DNA of 64,000 bases from Chlorokybus atmophyticus (taxonomy: Eukaryota > Plantae > Mesostigma and Chlorokybus algae): contig RHPI01000638.1 in assembly GCA_009103225.1 (NCBI GenBank), positions 744,001-808,000 on the forward strand. Direction: 5' to 3'. The position numbers were made by a program, and so were the translations under genes. Positions 10,533 through 23,258 of this stretch are shown here, piece after piece. The notes under the pieces were generated by a model. That model did not search any database. It saw only the letters and a program-made list of their open reading frames with translations, and was not told the origin of the DNA. Numbering within the stretch: the stretch's first letter is position 1; every line of letters starts with the position of its first letter.

Positions 10533-13500
10533 ATGGCGGCCTCAGGGGGGCCTCTTCTGCCGCTGCTGCTGCCAGTGCTGCTGCTGCTGCTGCTGCTCGG
10601 TTCAGGTAAGAGCTGCTGCTGCTGCTGCGCATCAGCACCCTGAGGCAGTGTGCTAACACGACTGTGGCGTGTCTGCTTGCTGCGCGCAGCCGAGGCGTCC
10701 GTCCCGTCTCTTGCAAGCGCCAGGAAAGTAAGTGCGCAGCTCTCCCGCTGCTGTTTTCTGTTGCTGCTCCACACCCATCCCCATGCCCATGCCACAGCAC
10801 GTCGCCTAGCGGCTTGCGTTGCACGACAGCCTTGTTGCATGGACACGGTGTTGCACGTCCGTCGCACTCACGCTTTGTTTGCTGCAACGACTGCAGGGTT
10901 GGGTCTCCAGAAATTTCAGGCGGCTGTGTTCACCGGGATCCCCGGCTGGCCCGACTTGAGCACGACTGACTACGACCCCTGCAATCTGGATGGCATAACC
11001 TGCACATCATCGGGAGTCACCAAGATGTAAGCAAGCAAGCTCGCTCTAGTGTGTGCTAGTTGGCTTCTTCTAAGCCGTCTGCCATCGCGGCATCACCCCA
11101 GTCGAGCTCACAAACCAACGTGATGATGCATGGCTTGTCTTATAGGTCCTTGCCTTCCTATGGCTTACGAAACGACCAGCCCTTGACCGGTCTCGACGAC
11201 CTCGTCAATCTAGAAACACTGTGAGTGCTCCTGTTTTTGTATGTACACCGAATTGCTCAGCAGATTGCTTGCAATGTAGAGTGCTTTCACCGGAATCGCG
11301 TGAGCGGCATTGGCCGGGGGACAAGCCCCACGCGACAGTCATTTGTTCCACCTGCAGCACTTACCCTTGTTGCATGCGCAGGAAGTTGCAGCAACAATTG
11401 ACAGGACCCTTGCCTGATTTGCAGCTACTCACCAAGTTGGTTACCCTGTAAGTGTTGATGTCGAGTATGCTTAGCATTGCGCTGTCGGTCGTGCTTTGTG
11501 TAGCATACCACTGCACATGGACTCTTGTCCGTTCCATCACATATCCTAATGGATACATACACGCGCAGGGATTTATCCGGGAATACGTTTACGGGACCAA
11601 TACCAAGCACATGGGGTAGCCTGACCGCTTTGCAAGACATGTGAGTTATAGACACGTTGTGTTGCAACATCCTTGCAAGTGGACCCGTTGGCTTTGACAT
11701 GGGGGATGGACCAGCTGATGCGCATGTACATGCATATGCAGACGTCTTGTTGAAAACCAGCTGTCCGGACCACTGCCGAGCACACTGAGCAAGCTTGTCA
11801 ACCTTAAGATTATGTAAGTTGTGACTACATGTTGTTTGTTACAACATGCCAGTTTAAGTGTGGAGGCTGTGAGCTCGAGTGTGCAGTTCGCACTCTGAGG
11901 TGTCAGTTATGTGGACCAGTCCGCTCTTGTGACAGATGTTGCCACATGTGTGCATATCAATTGGTGGGCTGATACGCGCATTTATGCGAAGGTTGATTGA
12001 TTATAATGGCATATGCGGAGCTGTTCCTGTTTGGAGCACCAGTGTGTACTTTAGTTGCCAATTCACTCTCATCGGATATCCTTGCCCTCCTTCCCCCTCG
12101 CCCCCTCCGCCTCCTCCTTCCCCTCCTCCACCTCCGCCCTCTCCTCCACCTCCGCCCTCTCCTCCAAGTAAGAACGTCCAGTCGTTGAGCGCTCGAGTGA
12201 CTGCTGGCAAGTGTCAGCTGTCGTACGCTGCTACTCTGTGCTCACAGTTTTGCTTGGCGCACTAAAATGTCCGCTTTGCGTGCAGCCCGTCCGGCGTCTG
12301 CCGCAACTGTCAAAGAAAGTAAGTAGTAGCTTGCCTGTCTGCCATATGTGTACAATGTGTCACAGCGTAGCGCTCTGGGCTTTGCATGGACACCAGCATG
12401 CGGTTGTGTTCTGCCACACACGCACAGTGCTCACTCACACACGCTGTTGTCGGTGGCAGTGGCGGGCCTTCGGTCGTTGCAAGCGGCCATCTTCTTCTAT
12501 GAGTATGATGAATACTACAACAGGCAATTGGTGAGAGGCATCGATGGTTGGCCTGATCTCGCCGCGCTACCCGACGACTACGACGCATGCACCTTCCTCA
12601 CTTGCGATGGCGGAGTCATTACCCAATTGTGAGCACGTTTGTGTGCTGGTTGTTTACACTCATACACTTGTTTGTCGTGTCGTGTACACCTATACTATAG
12701 TGTCGTGGCTGAACTCAACCCTTACCATCAATGCGTGCCCTTCAGAGATTGGAGTCCGACTCGTAGTTCACCCGACCCTAGAACAAGACTTTACAACGAC
12801 AAGCCCTTAACCGGACTCAACAACCTCGTCAACCTTCAATACTTGTAAGTGTGCTTCACATATACAACGAATCATTAAGTAGAGCTCTTGCAGAATCATG
12901 ATATGAAGAGTGTAACGGCGCTGTTATTGGTTGAGTGCGTCGCTTTCGAGGCAGGCCACATGCATTGTGCATCATTGCAACTTGCAGCAACCAACATTGT
13001 TGCGCAGAGACTTGGACAATTGTTACTTCGGTGGGCCCTTGCCTACGCTCAGCCAACTCACCAACTTGACTTACTTGTAAGTGTTCCATGTGCAACTACT
13101 GTACCTACCCTGAAAGGTCATGCACAACGCAACGTGCGAGTGCTTATCGAGCATCGCATGGCATGCGATGCAGGGATCTCGGTGGGAATTATTTCAACGG
13201 ATCGTTGCCATCGGAGTGGGGTAGCTTCATCAAGTTACAAGCCTTGTAAGACCTTGGTTGATTTCTATCTCAACGATTTGCTTGTTGTGCATATGCAACG
13301 CCTTGATACAAAGCAATTGCTAATGCGCAGGAGGATTGGCAATGGTGATAACAACCTTTTTGGGCCGTTGCCAAGCACATGGAGCAACTTAGTCAACCTG
13401 CAACACATGTAAGTTATCATTGTGCAGCATGTCACACCGCTACATTACACAGTAAAATGCACCCATGGGCGTTCACCACATGGATATGATATTGCTTACA

Positions 13501-14774
13501 CATATAACAACGCGTACAGGGACCTTGCATTCGCCGGACTTTCAGGACCCTTGCCGAGTACATTGGGCAATCTAGTTAGCCTCCAAACCTTGTAAGTTCA
13601 CCCGGTAACGAGAGGTTACAGTTTGCAACAATGTCTCATTACGTAACACCGGACATACCCTCGTGCGCTGCCATCACATCATGTATTGTTGATTGACATG
13701 CATGTATGTGCAGGAGCCTTGAAGGAAACAACTTTGTCGGATCGGTGCCAAGCACGTTTGGCAACTTCATCAACCTCAATTCTCTGTGAGTTGTGACCAT
13801 GCATCATACCGTCATTGCACAACGCATGGCGTGATGCACTCCTAGGACTTGTCAAGGTTTCCCTATATGACAAGTCATATGGACATGCATGCATACATAC
13901 ATGACTCTGTACAAACAGCTGATTAGACCGTTGCAACGGAGCATTGCATACTACTGACACACACTCGTATGCTTCCATTACAAGTGTTGTTGATTGACAT
14001 GCATGTGCAGGGACCTCTCTAACAACAAACTTAAAGGATCCGTGCCAAGCACATTAGGCAACTTGATCAACCTCGACACTCTGTAAGTTGCGACCATGCA
14101 TCTCATTATTATTGCTCAACATATGCCTCTTAGGTCTGTCGAAGGTTGTTTTATCTGACAAGTCACGGTGATACATGCGTATATATACAGGGGATTGTAC
14201 GGCAACCAGCTTGTTGGACCGTTGCCACGGAGATTGAGCAACCTAACGAAGCTCACATATATGTAAGTTGTATTGTGCAATGCACATTGTGTCGTAGCTG
14301 CCAATCATCATGTGTTGCACCATTGTGCTTTCACTTCAAGTTGTATGCTCGTGTATGCATGCAATCTAAGATAAGATGTGCAGCGACGTATCCGACAACC
14401 AAGGGCTATGCGGCAACATCCCCCCGTTTGGAAGTGCGGTATACATAAACTACTCCAACACTGGCCTTGGCAGTCCCTGCCCATTGCCTCCCCCTCCCCC
14501 ACCCCGTCGTTCTCCCCCTCCTCCTCCTCCAAGACCTTCCCCGCCGCCTCCTCCTCCTCGTCGTTCTCCACCTCCTCCTCCTCCAAGACCTTCCCCACCT
14601 CCTCCTCCTCGTCGTTCTCCACCTCCTCCTCCTCCTCCTAGACCTTCCCCGCCTCCTCCTCCTCGCTCTCCGCCTGTGATCCGTTCCCCTCCGCCGCCCC
14701 CGACAGCCTCCCCGCCTCCTTCTCCTCCTTCTCCTTCTCCTTCTCCCTCGCCGAGGCGTCCACCACCTCCCTAA
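10533..14774 (+). CDS. Secreted tandem LRR-extensin-like protein: signal peptide, LRRNT, 4 LRR, Ser-Pro linker, LRRNT, 7 LRR, extensin tail (multi-exon)
   Basis: Signal peptide MAASGGPLLPLLLPVLLLLLLGS. N-caps (GWPD..YDPC/YDAC..TC). Phase-2 LRR exons such as DLSGNTFTGPIPSTWGSLTALQDM (11569-11640) and DLSNNKLKGSVPSTLGNLINLDTL (14011-14082). Caps NGICG..C and NQGLCG..C. SP(4-6) repeats. The exon 2/3 junction phase is ambiguous. Confidence 0.9.
14480..14771 (+). repeat. Extensin-type coding tandem repeat
   Basis: Alternating units of about 27 nt encoding PPPPPPRRS and PPPPPPRPS. Confidence 0.9.
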
Positions 14775-14810
14775 TCATCCTGTCATTCTCCGTTCTACAC
14801 GTATGGGAGT

Positions 14811-15662
14811 ATGGCAGTTGTTGAGATCAGGGATCTGATTAGCCACGTGAGTAGCAGCCAGAGTTCTTGCGGCTTATTCTCCCTTGTGAAGTGGCTCATA
14901 TTTCGCATGCTTTTTCCCCGAGACTTGGCAGGTATCTACTGTTTCCCTTCCATGCGTTGGCCAGTGCCCTTCATGCCTGTAGGTTTGTGGATGTGGTGGT
15001 GTTTTTGGCGACTTGTACTAGCTGTGGATATTGAACTCGAACCCAGCTCCTGATGCAGTTTATCCCTCTCACACTTTCCGCTGCCTGCATTGGAGTGTTG
15101 GAGGTCTCATGAAACGCGGGGTGCGCGACAAACTCGACTCTCTGCTCCAAGCCAATAATAAACATGTAGCGGTCCTTTCAGAAACACAGCGCTCTCCGCC
15201 CGCAGCACACAAGAACAAGCTGGGTAACGAGATCATGTGCTTTGCCGAGACGCCGGGCTGGGCGGCTTGGAGGCTGACCAGGAGGAGGAGGAGGAGCAAG
15301 AAGGTCATGCAACAGTGTGACTCGAAGCTTTCACTTGCACAACTGACTGGCGAACCACAGCCCCCCCTCCCCCCTCCTAACAATGCTCGCGCGTGCTTAC
15401 GAACAAAAGCACACACGCACATGTTTACGCAGAATCTCACAGACAGACCTGGACATACTTGTGCAGTTGATCCTGAGATGAAGCCTGCAAAGTAGCAAGG
15501 CCAACCAAGCCAAGAGTAGCATGCCAAAGCCAAGAAAGGCAACAAGTGGTGTGGGCATACGCACTCGCTGCAGCACACATCAGTAGTCGCGGAGTCCAAC
15601 ATTTGGTACAAGTGCTTTGTTCCAAGTATTTGATGCACAAGAGATGTTGATTGGCTGCATCA
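14811..15662 (+). mobile_element. Remnant of an APE-type non-LTR retrotransposon with a degenerate 2A-like peptide
   Basis: LVLAVDIEL(+1 nt)NPAP at 15012-15051, then FRCLHWSVGGL..VAVLSET, resembling the APE/EEP N-terminal motifs (hxWNVxGL..hhLxET). Confidence 0.65.
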
Positions 15663-16307
15663 TGGGTTGTGTACACGGGCCTACATTCTTTTCGTGCATC
15701 CCTGCATGCGCATGCATGCGCGTTATACTGCAACTTGTGTAGGACATGCATTGGATGAGGGTGGTTGTCAAGCGCGTACGGTCACGCATACAAAGGCTAC
15801 CGCCAACATAGCAACAGTTTCCACTAGGTGCAAGTACTCGTGTGATTCAACTCTACTCAGCCAGTCTTCTTATGATTGTCATTGCGTGCTCCCCGCCGCT
15901 GTGTTTGGCTGAAATGCACTACCTTTAACACGCTGCCTACCCAATTCTTGTGAGCTTTTGACACTCTGCCAGCAAGAAGTACACCAAAGCCAAGTGGGCC
16001 CCCTTGTTATAAGCACGCCAGCCATCAACAGCAGCAATGTCCAATAACCTCTTTACTGTCAGTTATTTGTGGGCATACAATACGCCTGCCATTTCACGAA
16101 ACAAGAAAAGTGACTGAATTTGTACCCCAACTTTCAAAGTCATAGTTGAGGCAGTCTTGCTTGTGTGTGTGGTAACACCAGCCCTGGCTATGCACCTCAA
16201 TCCAAACCAAGCCGCTACACGTTGGTGCTTGAGGAGGAAACACAAACAGCAGGAGGCCTGGAAGGCAACATCAACAGTCCCATCCACCGCTGGCTGGCCC
16301 GTGTGTC

Positions 16308-17946
16308 TCACTTCCCAATGCAGAAGCGGCTGAATATCACATTGAGCACGTCCTCGGTGACGTCCTCGCCGGTTATTTGTCCGAGCGCGAGGGCGGCCTC
16401 GCGCAGGTCGATCGTCCAGAAGTCCACGGGCAGATCCTGCTCCACGCTGCTACGCAGACGCTGCAGCGCAGCGCGCGCCCGCACAAGCGCCTCAGTCTGC
16501 CTCTGCTCATGCAAACACAACCCGACATGAACCCAACATGTTGGAGATGATGGTACCATCGCGCACACCGCATCTTGCTGGGATGGGGAACAAAGCTTTG
16601 CATGCCAATGTGTCACAGTTTCCTGGTGCTGTATTGCGTCGGTATGGCGGTGCGTTGTGTTGTTAAGTTGATTTGAGTGGTGTTGCTGTGCGTTGCGTTG
16701 TATTCAGTGTGTTGTGTCCAGTTGTGTATGTCTTGAAACCTCACCTCATTGACGGCCCACGCCGCCCCGCCTTCTTCCGTCCGTCCCGCGCCAACGATGT
16801 CCAGTAACGCAGCCTCAAGCGCGTCAATGCCGTCGCCTGTGGCGGCGCTGAGTGGCACCACCGCCGCGACAGAGGATTCGTTGGGGACGCTCACGCCGGC
16901 CGCGGACGCGCGGTCCACCTTGTTGATGGCCAACACCACGGGCGCGGCACTTCTTAGATGGGAAGAGGAGGAGGAGGATGTGGGGTCGGGTTGTTGTTGG
17001 TCCCGCTCCAAGACTGAAACTGGGGTGTTCCTTGGCTCGGCCCCTTCAACATCTGCATGCGTACATGTATATGTGGAAGTGCGCGTGCATAAACACGCAT
17101 ACACACACACACGTACGTGCACACGCACGTACGCGCGCGCACGCACACACACAACCAAACAACATCCCATACACAGCTTCAGGCCACACTCCTGCAATGC
17201 AACACACATTGCGCAAACGTACCCATTGACTTGTATAACTTTGGAGCGAGTGACATGGGACCGGCTAGTTTGCCAGAGGACTCCATGTTGGCATCCTCAT
17301 TATCGACGTCATTGACAAAGAGGGCTCTGTGGATTTTGCCGTCATCTTCAGTCCATCCGTCCTCTGCGCTGACAACAAGCACCACCACATCCGCACGCAA
17401 AGCTGCCTCGCGAGACCTCTCCACGCCTGATGCAACCACATCGTGTCAACGAATGCGAAACAAAGAGCATGGACAAGTTGCCCATGGATCTGCACGCACA
17501 TCAAGGTGTTACACAAGCACATGCATACACGCACGCATTCAGACATGCACGCATACACACCCACATGTACGCATCAACACATGCCCACACGTGCACGCGT
17601 GCTCACGCATGCCGACGTTCACATGCATACACATGTACACGCCCGCATGCACCAGATACCAGCCCGCGCGTACGCGCTTTCCCACCTATCCGTTCCACTG
17701 TGTCGGTGGTGTCCCGTATGCCGGCTGTGTCGAGCAGTCGCACTGGGATGCCGTTGACCACGACGCCGGCCTCCACGACATCGCGCGTGGTGCCGGGGAT
17801 GTCCGTCACGATCGCGCGAGAACTCTGACTCCACTTGTTCAGAAGACTGGACTTGCCGACATTGGGACGACCCACCAAAGCAACCTGCAAGACATTGGGG
17901 TTTGTTGAGGTTGATGTCGTTGTTGTGTTGTGGCTGCTGCTGCTGT

Positions 17947-17980
<34 letters not shown>

Positions 17981-19793
17981 CCATCATCATTGTTGTTGTT
18001 GTTGTTGTTGTTGTCGTTGCTGCTGTTGTTGTTTTTAGCCTTATTGCTCTTGCTCTAGCTGACATCATCGCTGTTGTTCTTGTTGTGCTTGTTCTTCACA
18101 AAGCAATACTCTACCTCCAGTCCCGCCTGCAGCAGGTGTCCCCTCTTCGCGGTCGCGAGCATGTCGTCGACGCGTCGCGTGAGCGCGCGCATGCGCTCGA
18201 CGAGGTTGGGGACGTCCAGGTCGGGCAGCTCGTCGTCGAAGTCGATGCGGGCTTCGAACTCCGCCAGCAGGTCGATGCACTCGGTGCGGAGAGAGGAGAC
18301 GGCCTCGGCGATCCCACCCTGGAAAGAGGTAAGGTAGTCATATTTTCAGAAACAACATGCACAACCTCAACGGGCACATGCGCATTGAGTAGGTAGCTCA
18401 TGCGGACAACGGAGGATTCGCACACATACATACTGATGTGCGCGATTGTGCACACACGCATGTACACGCGCACACTCTCTCGCACATCAGTGGCGGCACA
18501 CACTTGTACACGCACACACGCGCATGCAAACACGCACATACACATACACATGTGCGGGCGCTCTCTGACGTGTGCGCATACAGTAATATGCACGCAGGCT
18601 CACACATTTGCATGCGTGTGTGTATGCGTGCGTGCGCATGTGGCGCTGCATGTCGGGCACACGCTCACCTTCATTGCTGAGAGTGCGCTGGCGGCGGCTT
18701 GCGAGGTGCGAGCGGAAACCAGCTGCTGCACGCTCTCCGCTTGCGATAGGTCCAGGCGGCCATTCAGAAAAGCGCGCATGGTGAACTCCCCTGCCAGGCA
18801 CAAACACACGTGTTGGCTGTGTGACATCGCACTCTCATCAACGGGTACTCGTGAACAGGCACGCTATGACGGGGTGTGCAATGCATGACTGTATCACGCA
18901 TATGCTGTACATACGCACCAGCTCTGTCACAACACACATATACTCATCGAGTCAACTTACCCTAATAAGCTATGTGAATGAATGCTACGTATGCTATGTA
19001 TGCTATTCACAGCTTCACGTGCATGTATGCGTCAATTACTTGGTTCAAAGGGTTGAAGAGAGAGTACCAGGCCGTGCCAGTCGCGCTCCTGCGCGCAGGC
19101 AGACGTCGAGCACCCGCCGCGCGCAAACCGGACCACCGTGGCCCTGGAGCTCCACCACGTCCTCGCGCGTGTACGAACGCGGCGCGAGCATCGGCAACAA
19201 CAACACCTGTGGAGAGAAAAGTGGGGACAAAAGCACATGAGGAAAGGGCTAACACACATACACGCGTGTACCAACACACAAGCCACACATGCATGCAGTA
19301 CCCATGCACGCGCACACAAATCCACACAAACGCACATGTGCACAGGCACACATGGGCACGCATACGCGTATGTGTGTTTGAAACGCATACATGGGGGGTG
19401 GAGTGTGACATGTAATACGTGTGTTTTGAGCTCATATACACGCGCACACGCACGCTTACACCAACACCCACATCCCCACCCCCCCCCACCCCCCATCCTC
19501 TCCTCACCTCATCCACCATCTCCCCCGTCTCAAAGTCCACCACACTCCCGTACACCACGCGGTGGCTGCGCATGCGCCACCCGATGCTTCCCGAACCGTG
19601 CCGGAAGACTCTTTGTGCTATGGCTTGGGCGTCGGGTCCCGACAGCCGCACGATCGCGACGCTGCCGGGAGAGAGGGAGGAGACGGAGACGGGGGTCACG
19701 ATGGAGGCGATGGTGTCGGAATCGTAGGTTGGACTGTGGTGTTGGGTAGCATTGTCGCCTGGGCATGATTGTAAGCATAGTTGGGTGACACAC
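16308..19793 (-). CDS. mnmE: tRNA modification GTPase MnmE/TrmE (organellar; multi-exon; first exon(s) not resolved)
   Basis: [50 protein letters not shown]1 [25 protein letters not shown], and C-terminal IFSRFCIGK. Confidence 0.95.
17930..18033. repeat. Compound trinucleotide microsatellite (TGC/CAT/TGT) in an MnmE intron
   Basis: Runs of CAT followed directly by TGT, read from the sequence. Confidence 0.95.
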
Positions 19794-20871
19794 CTAGTTG
19801 GTCAACAGGAGACATACGAGCGTGCGCACGTGCTTGCATGCACATGTGTATTCATGCGGTGTGCAATGCATCGACAAGAGTGTGCGTGCCTGCACACGCA
19901 CGCACGCAAGCTGACCACACATATGTCTTGTGGTGGTTGTTCAGCTTACATGCTTGCATATAATCGCCAAAGCAAGCATACAAACACAATCAGGTCATGA
20001 TGCTCGCACGGCGGCAAGGAGAGATGGCATGTTATGACTGCTGACGTGATTGCCAAAAGCACGATTGAATAGAAAAGTTACCTGAGTCTGAGTGCGGCTG
20101 CCTCGAGGCACTTGTTATGTTTTGCTGCGCTACACGTTGACTTTGAACTCTATGCTTTCTGAGCAACGCACAATCCGTGCCCGCTCCCCAGCGCAAGCCA
20201 CTGTTTCTGCATAACATCTGTTGCTTGTTGCAATGCCTGCACACATACGAACAACTGTTGTTGTTGTTATCGAGCACACCTGATCGAACTGCGTCGCATG
20301 CAGCGCACGCAAGTTGAGTGTGCATGCATACACAGGTGCGAAGGAGGAGGAAAAACAAGGTCCTCGTTACGAATATAACAGCAAACGAAATCAACAGCAA
20401 GGAATGCTCATGTCAGCAAGCCACCGGTGACAAAATGACTTGTTTGCGCGGAATACGCTGCTCTGCATTTGGCATCTTTTACCTGTTATGTTTGCAGCCC
20501 GGCCTTGCTGGACTCAGCGCTGTCAGTGCTGTGAGCATGGCCATCCTTGGCAGTGGCAAAGCGGCCGCCATTGAAGAACCCATGCTGCTGGCACCAACTT
20601 CTGGACTGTAGACCTTGTGGTTCACATCAAGTAAGCTACCAGTGGAAGGGAGCAATCTCAGAGGCGGCGCTTAGACAGCTTCATAGCTTCAATCGCACAG
20701 TTCTGAGCCTTCCCACACACCCTGAGACAACCTCTCCACAAGCAGCATTCCTGACCCCGTGAAAGAGCTTGCTGCCGCCTCGCTCTCAGCTCAGCTGTGA
20801 CGAGATGTTATCAGCGTCGCTACTGACATGCGAGACGTCCGTAGGAACGCCTCTCTTCTCCGTCGACTACA

Positions 20872-20904
<33 letters not shown>

Positions 20905-21290
20905 GAAGTGTTGATGGTATACTACCGTCAGTGTGCATGACACTGACAGCATGAGCGTTACAAAGCTCCATGCCATGCGGTGCTCTCCAAGTGTTGTGTC
21001 GGCTGATGTGTGGCATGGTCAAGTGTAATGCCTGTATTGGCAGCATTCATGAAGACAACCGGCGTAGCACCCAAGGTGTCGATGATTCTGGTTGCTTGAA
21101 GGTCAAATGTCAAGGTGGCGTGCGGCAAGTTGGCCGTCGCCAAGTGCTCATCACGGGAAGTGACGAGTGAGGTGCGTGTATGTGTGTCCACACGTACCAG
21201 TACATTGTTTTGATTGCCAATATGATCAACTGCTGATGTGTCGTGTAGAGTTGCATCAGGGCTAAGCAACAAACGGCACTTGCTTTGCAC

Positions 21291-21525
21291 CGGTGTGTTT
21301 GTGTTGGAAAGCATCAATCCATGAAAGATATGACCTTATGTGGCCTGCTAGTACTGAGCCAAACGACAGTGGTGCACACTTGGGTCAAGGCCTTCCCGCA
21401 AGGTATGATAGGGAAGGCTGTCATTCGAGGTGTGCATCGTAGTCATCCGACAGCACTTTTGCACATCGCCAAAGGTCATGTCTGTGGGATTGATGCTTTC
21501 CAACACAGTATTGCTTTGCACACCG
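21291..21525. repeat. Imperfect inverted repeat (arms about 47-54 bp, spacer about 135 bp)
   Basis: GTGTTGGAAAGCATCAATCC (21301-21320) pairs perfectly with GGATTGATGCTTTCCAACAC (21487-21506). Flanking CGGTGTG/CACACCG and TGACCTT/AAGGTCA also pair. Confidence 0.85.
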
Positions 21526-22425
21526 TAGGCTAGTTGTTTGCCTTGCGCCATTCTGTACAATACAGAATGAACAACTGGTCACAACGGCCATTGAAAGAAT
21601 GCACATGTGAACACACTTGCGCGTCATTGTATGTGTCTGTGCACCTCATTGGTTGCTTCTTACCAACAATGTAGTGGTAGGTAGTAGTAACGACGAGTGA
21701 TTGCATGGTGTGATCTGGCTGCAGATAGAGTAGTAAAAATAGTTGCGTCATTTCGTGCGCTTATAATTTGAGCGAGGACCGGCCGAACTAGCCGCTGCCT
21801 TAGCAACGAGCTATATGTTCATATGCGGCACGCGCAACATATCACACTTGCGTGTGCACTGGACTCACAATACAGCATGCGATCTGAACACTGTAAAATA
21901 GAACTTGTTCCAAAGAGAAGCGCATACAGTCTGTATATATGTATATATGTTTTATGGTGTGCATCATCACTTGTGTAAGGGGAGTGTCCCAGGTAGTGCT
22001 ACCAGGTGCTGTGTCTGTTGATTGCGTACCTTGACACAAGCGTGCAGAAGTGCTTCCAGTACTAGCCTAAAACCCCCTCCATGCCTACTGAATTGCTAGG
22101 TAGAAGTAGTCGTGCTTGTGTGGTGTTAGCGTACCTGTCGGCCATGGAGACAGATGCAACCCTGGCCACGGAGTGAGAGGCGGCGTGGGCCACTCGACAC
22201 CACAATATAGGCGGCATGGGCGGCGTAGGGGCGTGATGAGGGTGTGATGCTGGTCATGGCGCTGAGCGCGGTGTGTGCGATGTGCAAGACACTACTGTAA
22301 TATGTGATATATGTAATATGGAGATATGGATTATGTTAGATATAATTATATCATTGATCATAAATGCGATCGCATATGACCGTGTGCGTGGTATAGTAGC
22401 ATAGCTTGCGACACACACTGCACAT

Positions 22426-22468
22426 ATATATATATATAAATATATATATATAAATATATTTATATATA
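22426..22468. repeat. (AT)n-rich microsatellite
   Basis: Run of ATATAT with AAAT interruptions. Confidence 0.9.
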
Positions 22469-23258
22469 TTGTTGCTTGTTATGCTTGTTGTATTCTTAAT
22501 TACCATTGCCTACTCTCGTGCTCTGTTCTCTGTGGATATACGTGAATATGTGTACATAGGTAATTTGTGTTGGTTAGCTGCTGAGTCCTGCTGTTGCCAC
22601 ATGCACAGGTTTGCCATAAGTTTTGCAACCTGAGCACAACAGAGGCACACGCATCTGTGCATAGAGTATTGCACATAAGCCACTGCTACGCGAGCACCCG
22701 CAGTGTGTATGCACAGTGATGCGAGCACTCATGTGGCTGTGGGCATCAACAGCAGCTGCTCGCACGCACCATGCAAGTTTGTTTGCGCACCTACGCACCC
22801 ATGGTCATCTGGCATATGCCAGCAACAGATTCAGTAATGCGAGCAGCGGTATGCCAGCCCCACAACTCTATTGCCAAGTGCAAGTTCGGGATTCAGGAGC
22901 CACCCTCCTTTGCTGCCAGTGTCAGCTGCATCACACTATGTCAAGCCACAGCCTGCAACACAGACCAGCATTGCCTGGTTGTGCGCGGCTGCGCAAGCTA
23001 ACTCAAAACCCTCAACCAATGCCGTTCTGTACAGCACACTAGCACTAACCTCGCTAAAGTGTTTGGGTGGCGTCCTCCATGTGGCGCACCTGTGGCAATG
23101 TATAGTTGCCACGTGATAAATGTACACGTGAACCGAACATTCCGTGCAAGTCTTCCTGTGCGACGAAGCACTGCACCACACCGCACAAAGCTATCCAGGA
23201 GGCCTGGGCTGAGGCACTTGACAGGGAATGTACCAACAAATGGGCTGGTAAGCGATCA

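Noticed and set aside
17835-18396. ORFs with poly-His, poly-Cys, poly-Met or poly-Ile runs
   Set aside because: They are translations of the CAT/TGT microsatellite in an MnmE intron or antisense to its exon.
20050-20900. Candidate first exons of MnmE
   Set aside because: I could not join them in frame to the 19793 acceptor, so the start codon is left unresolved.
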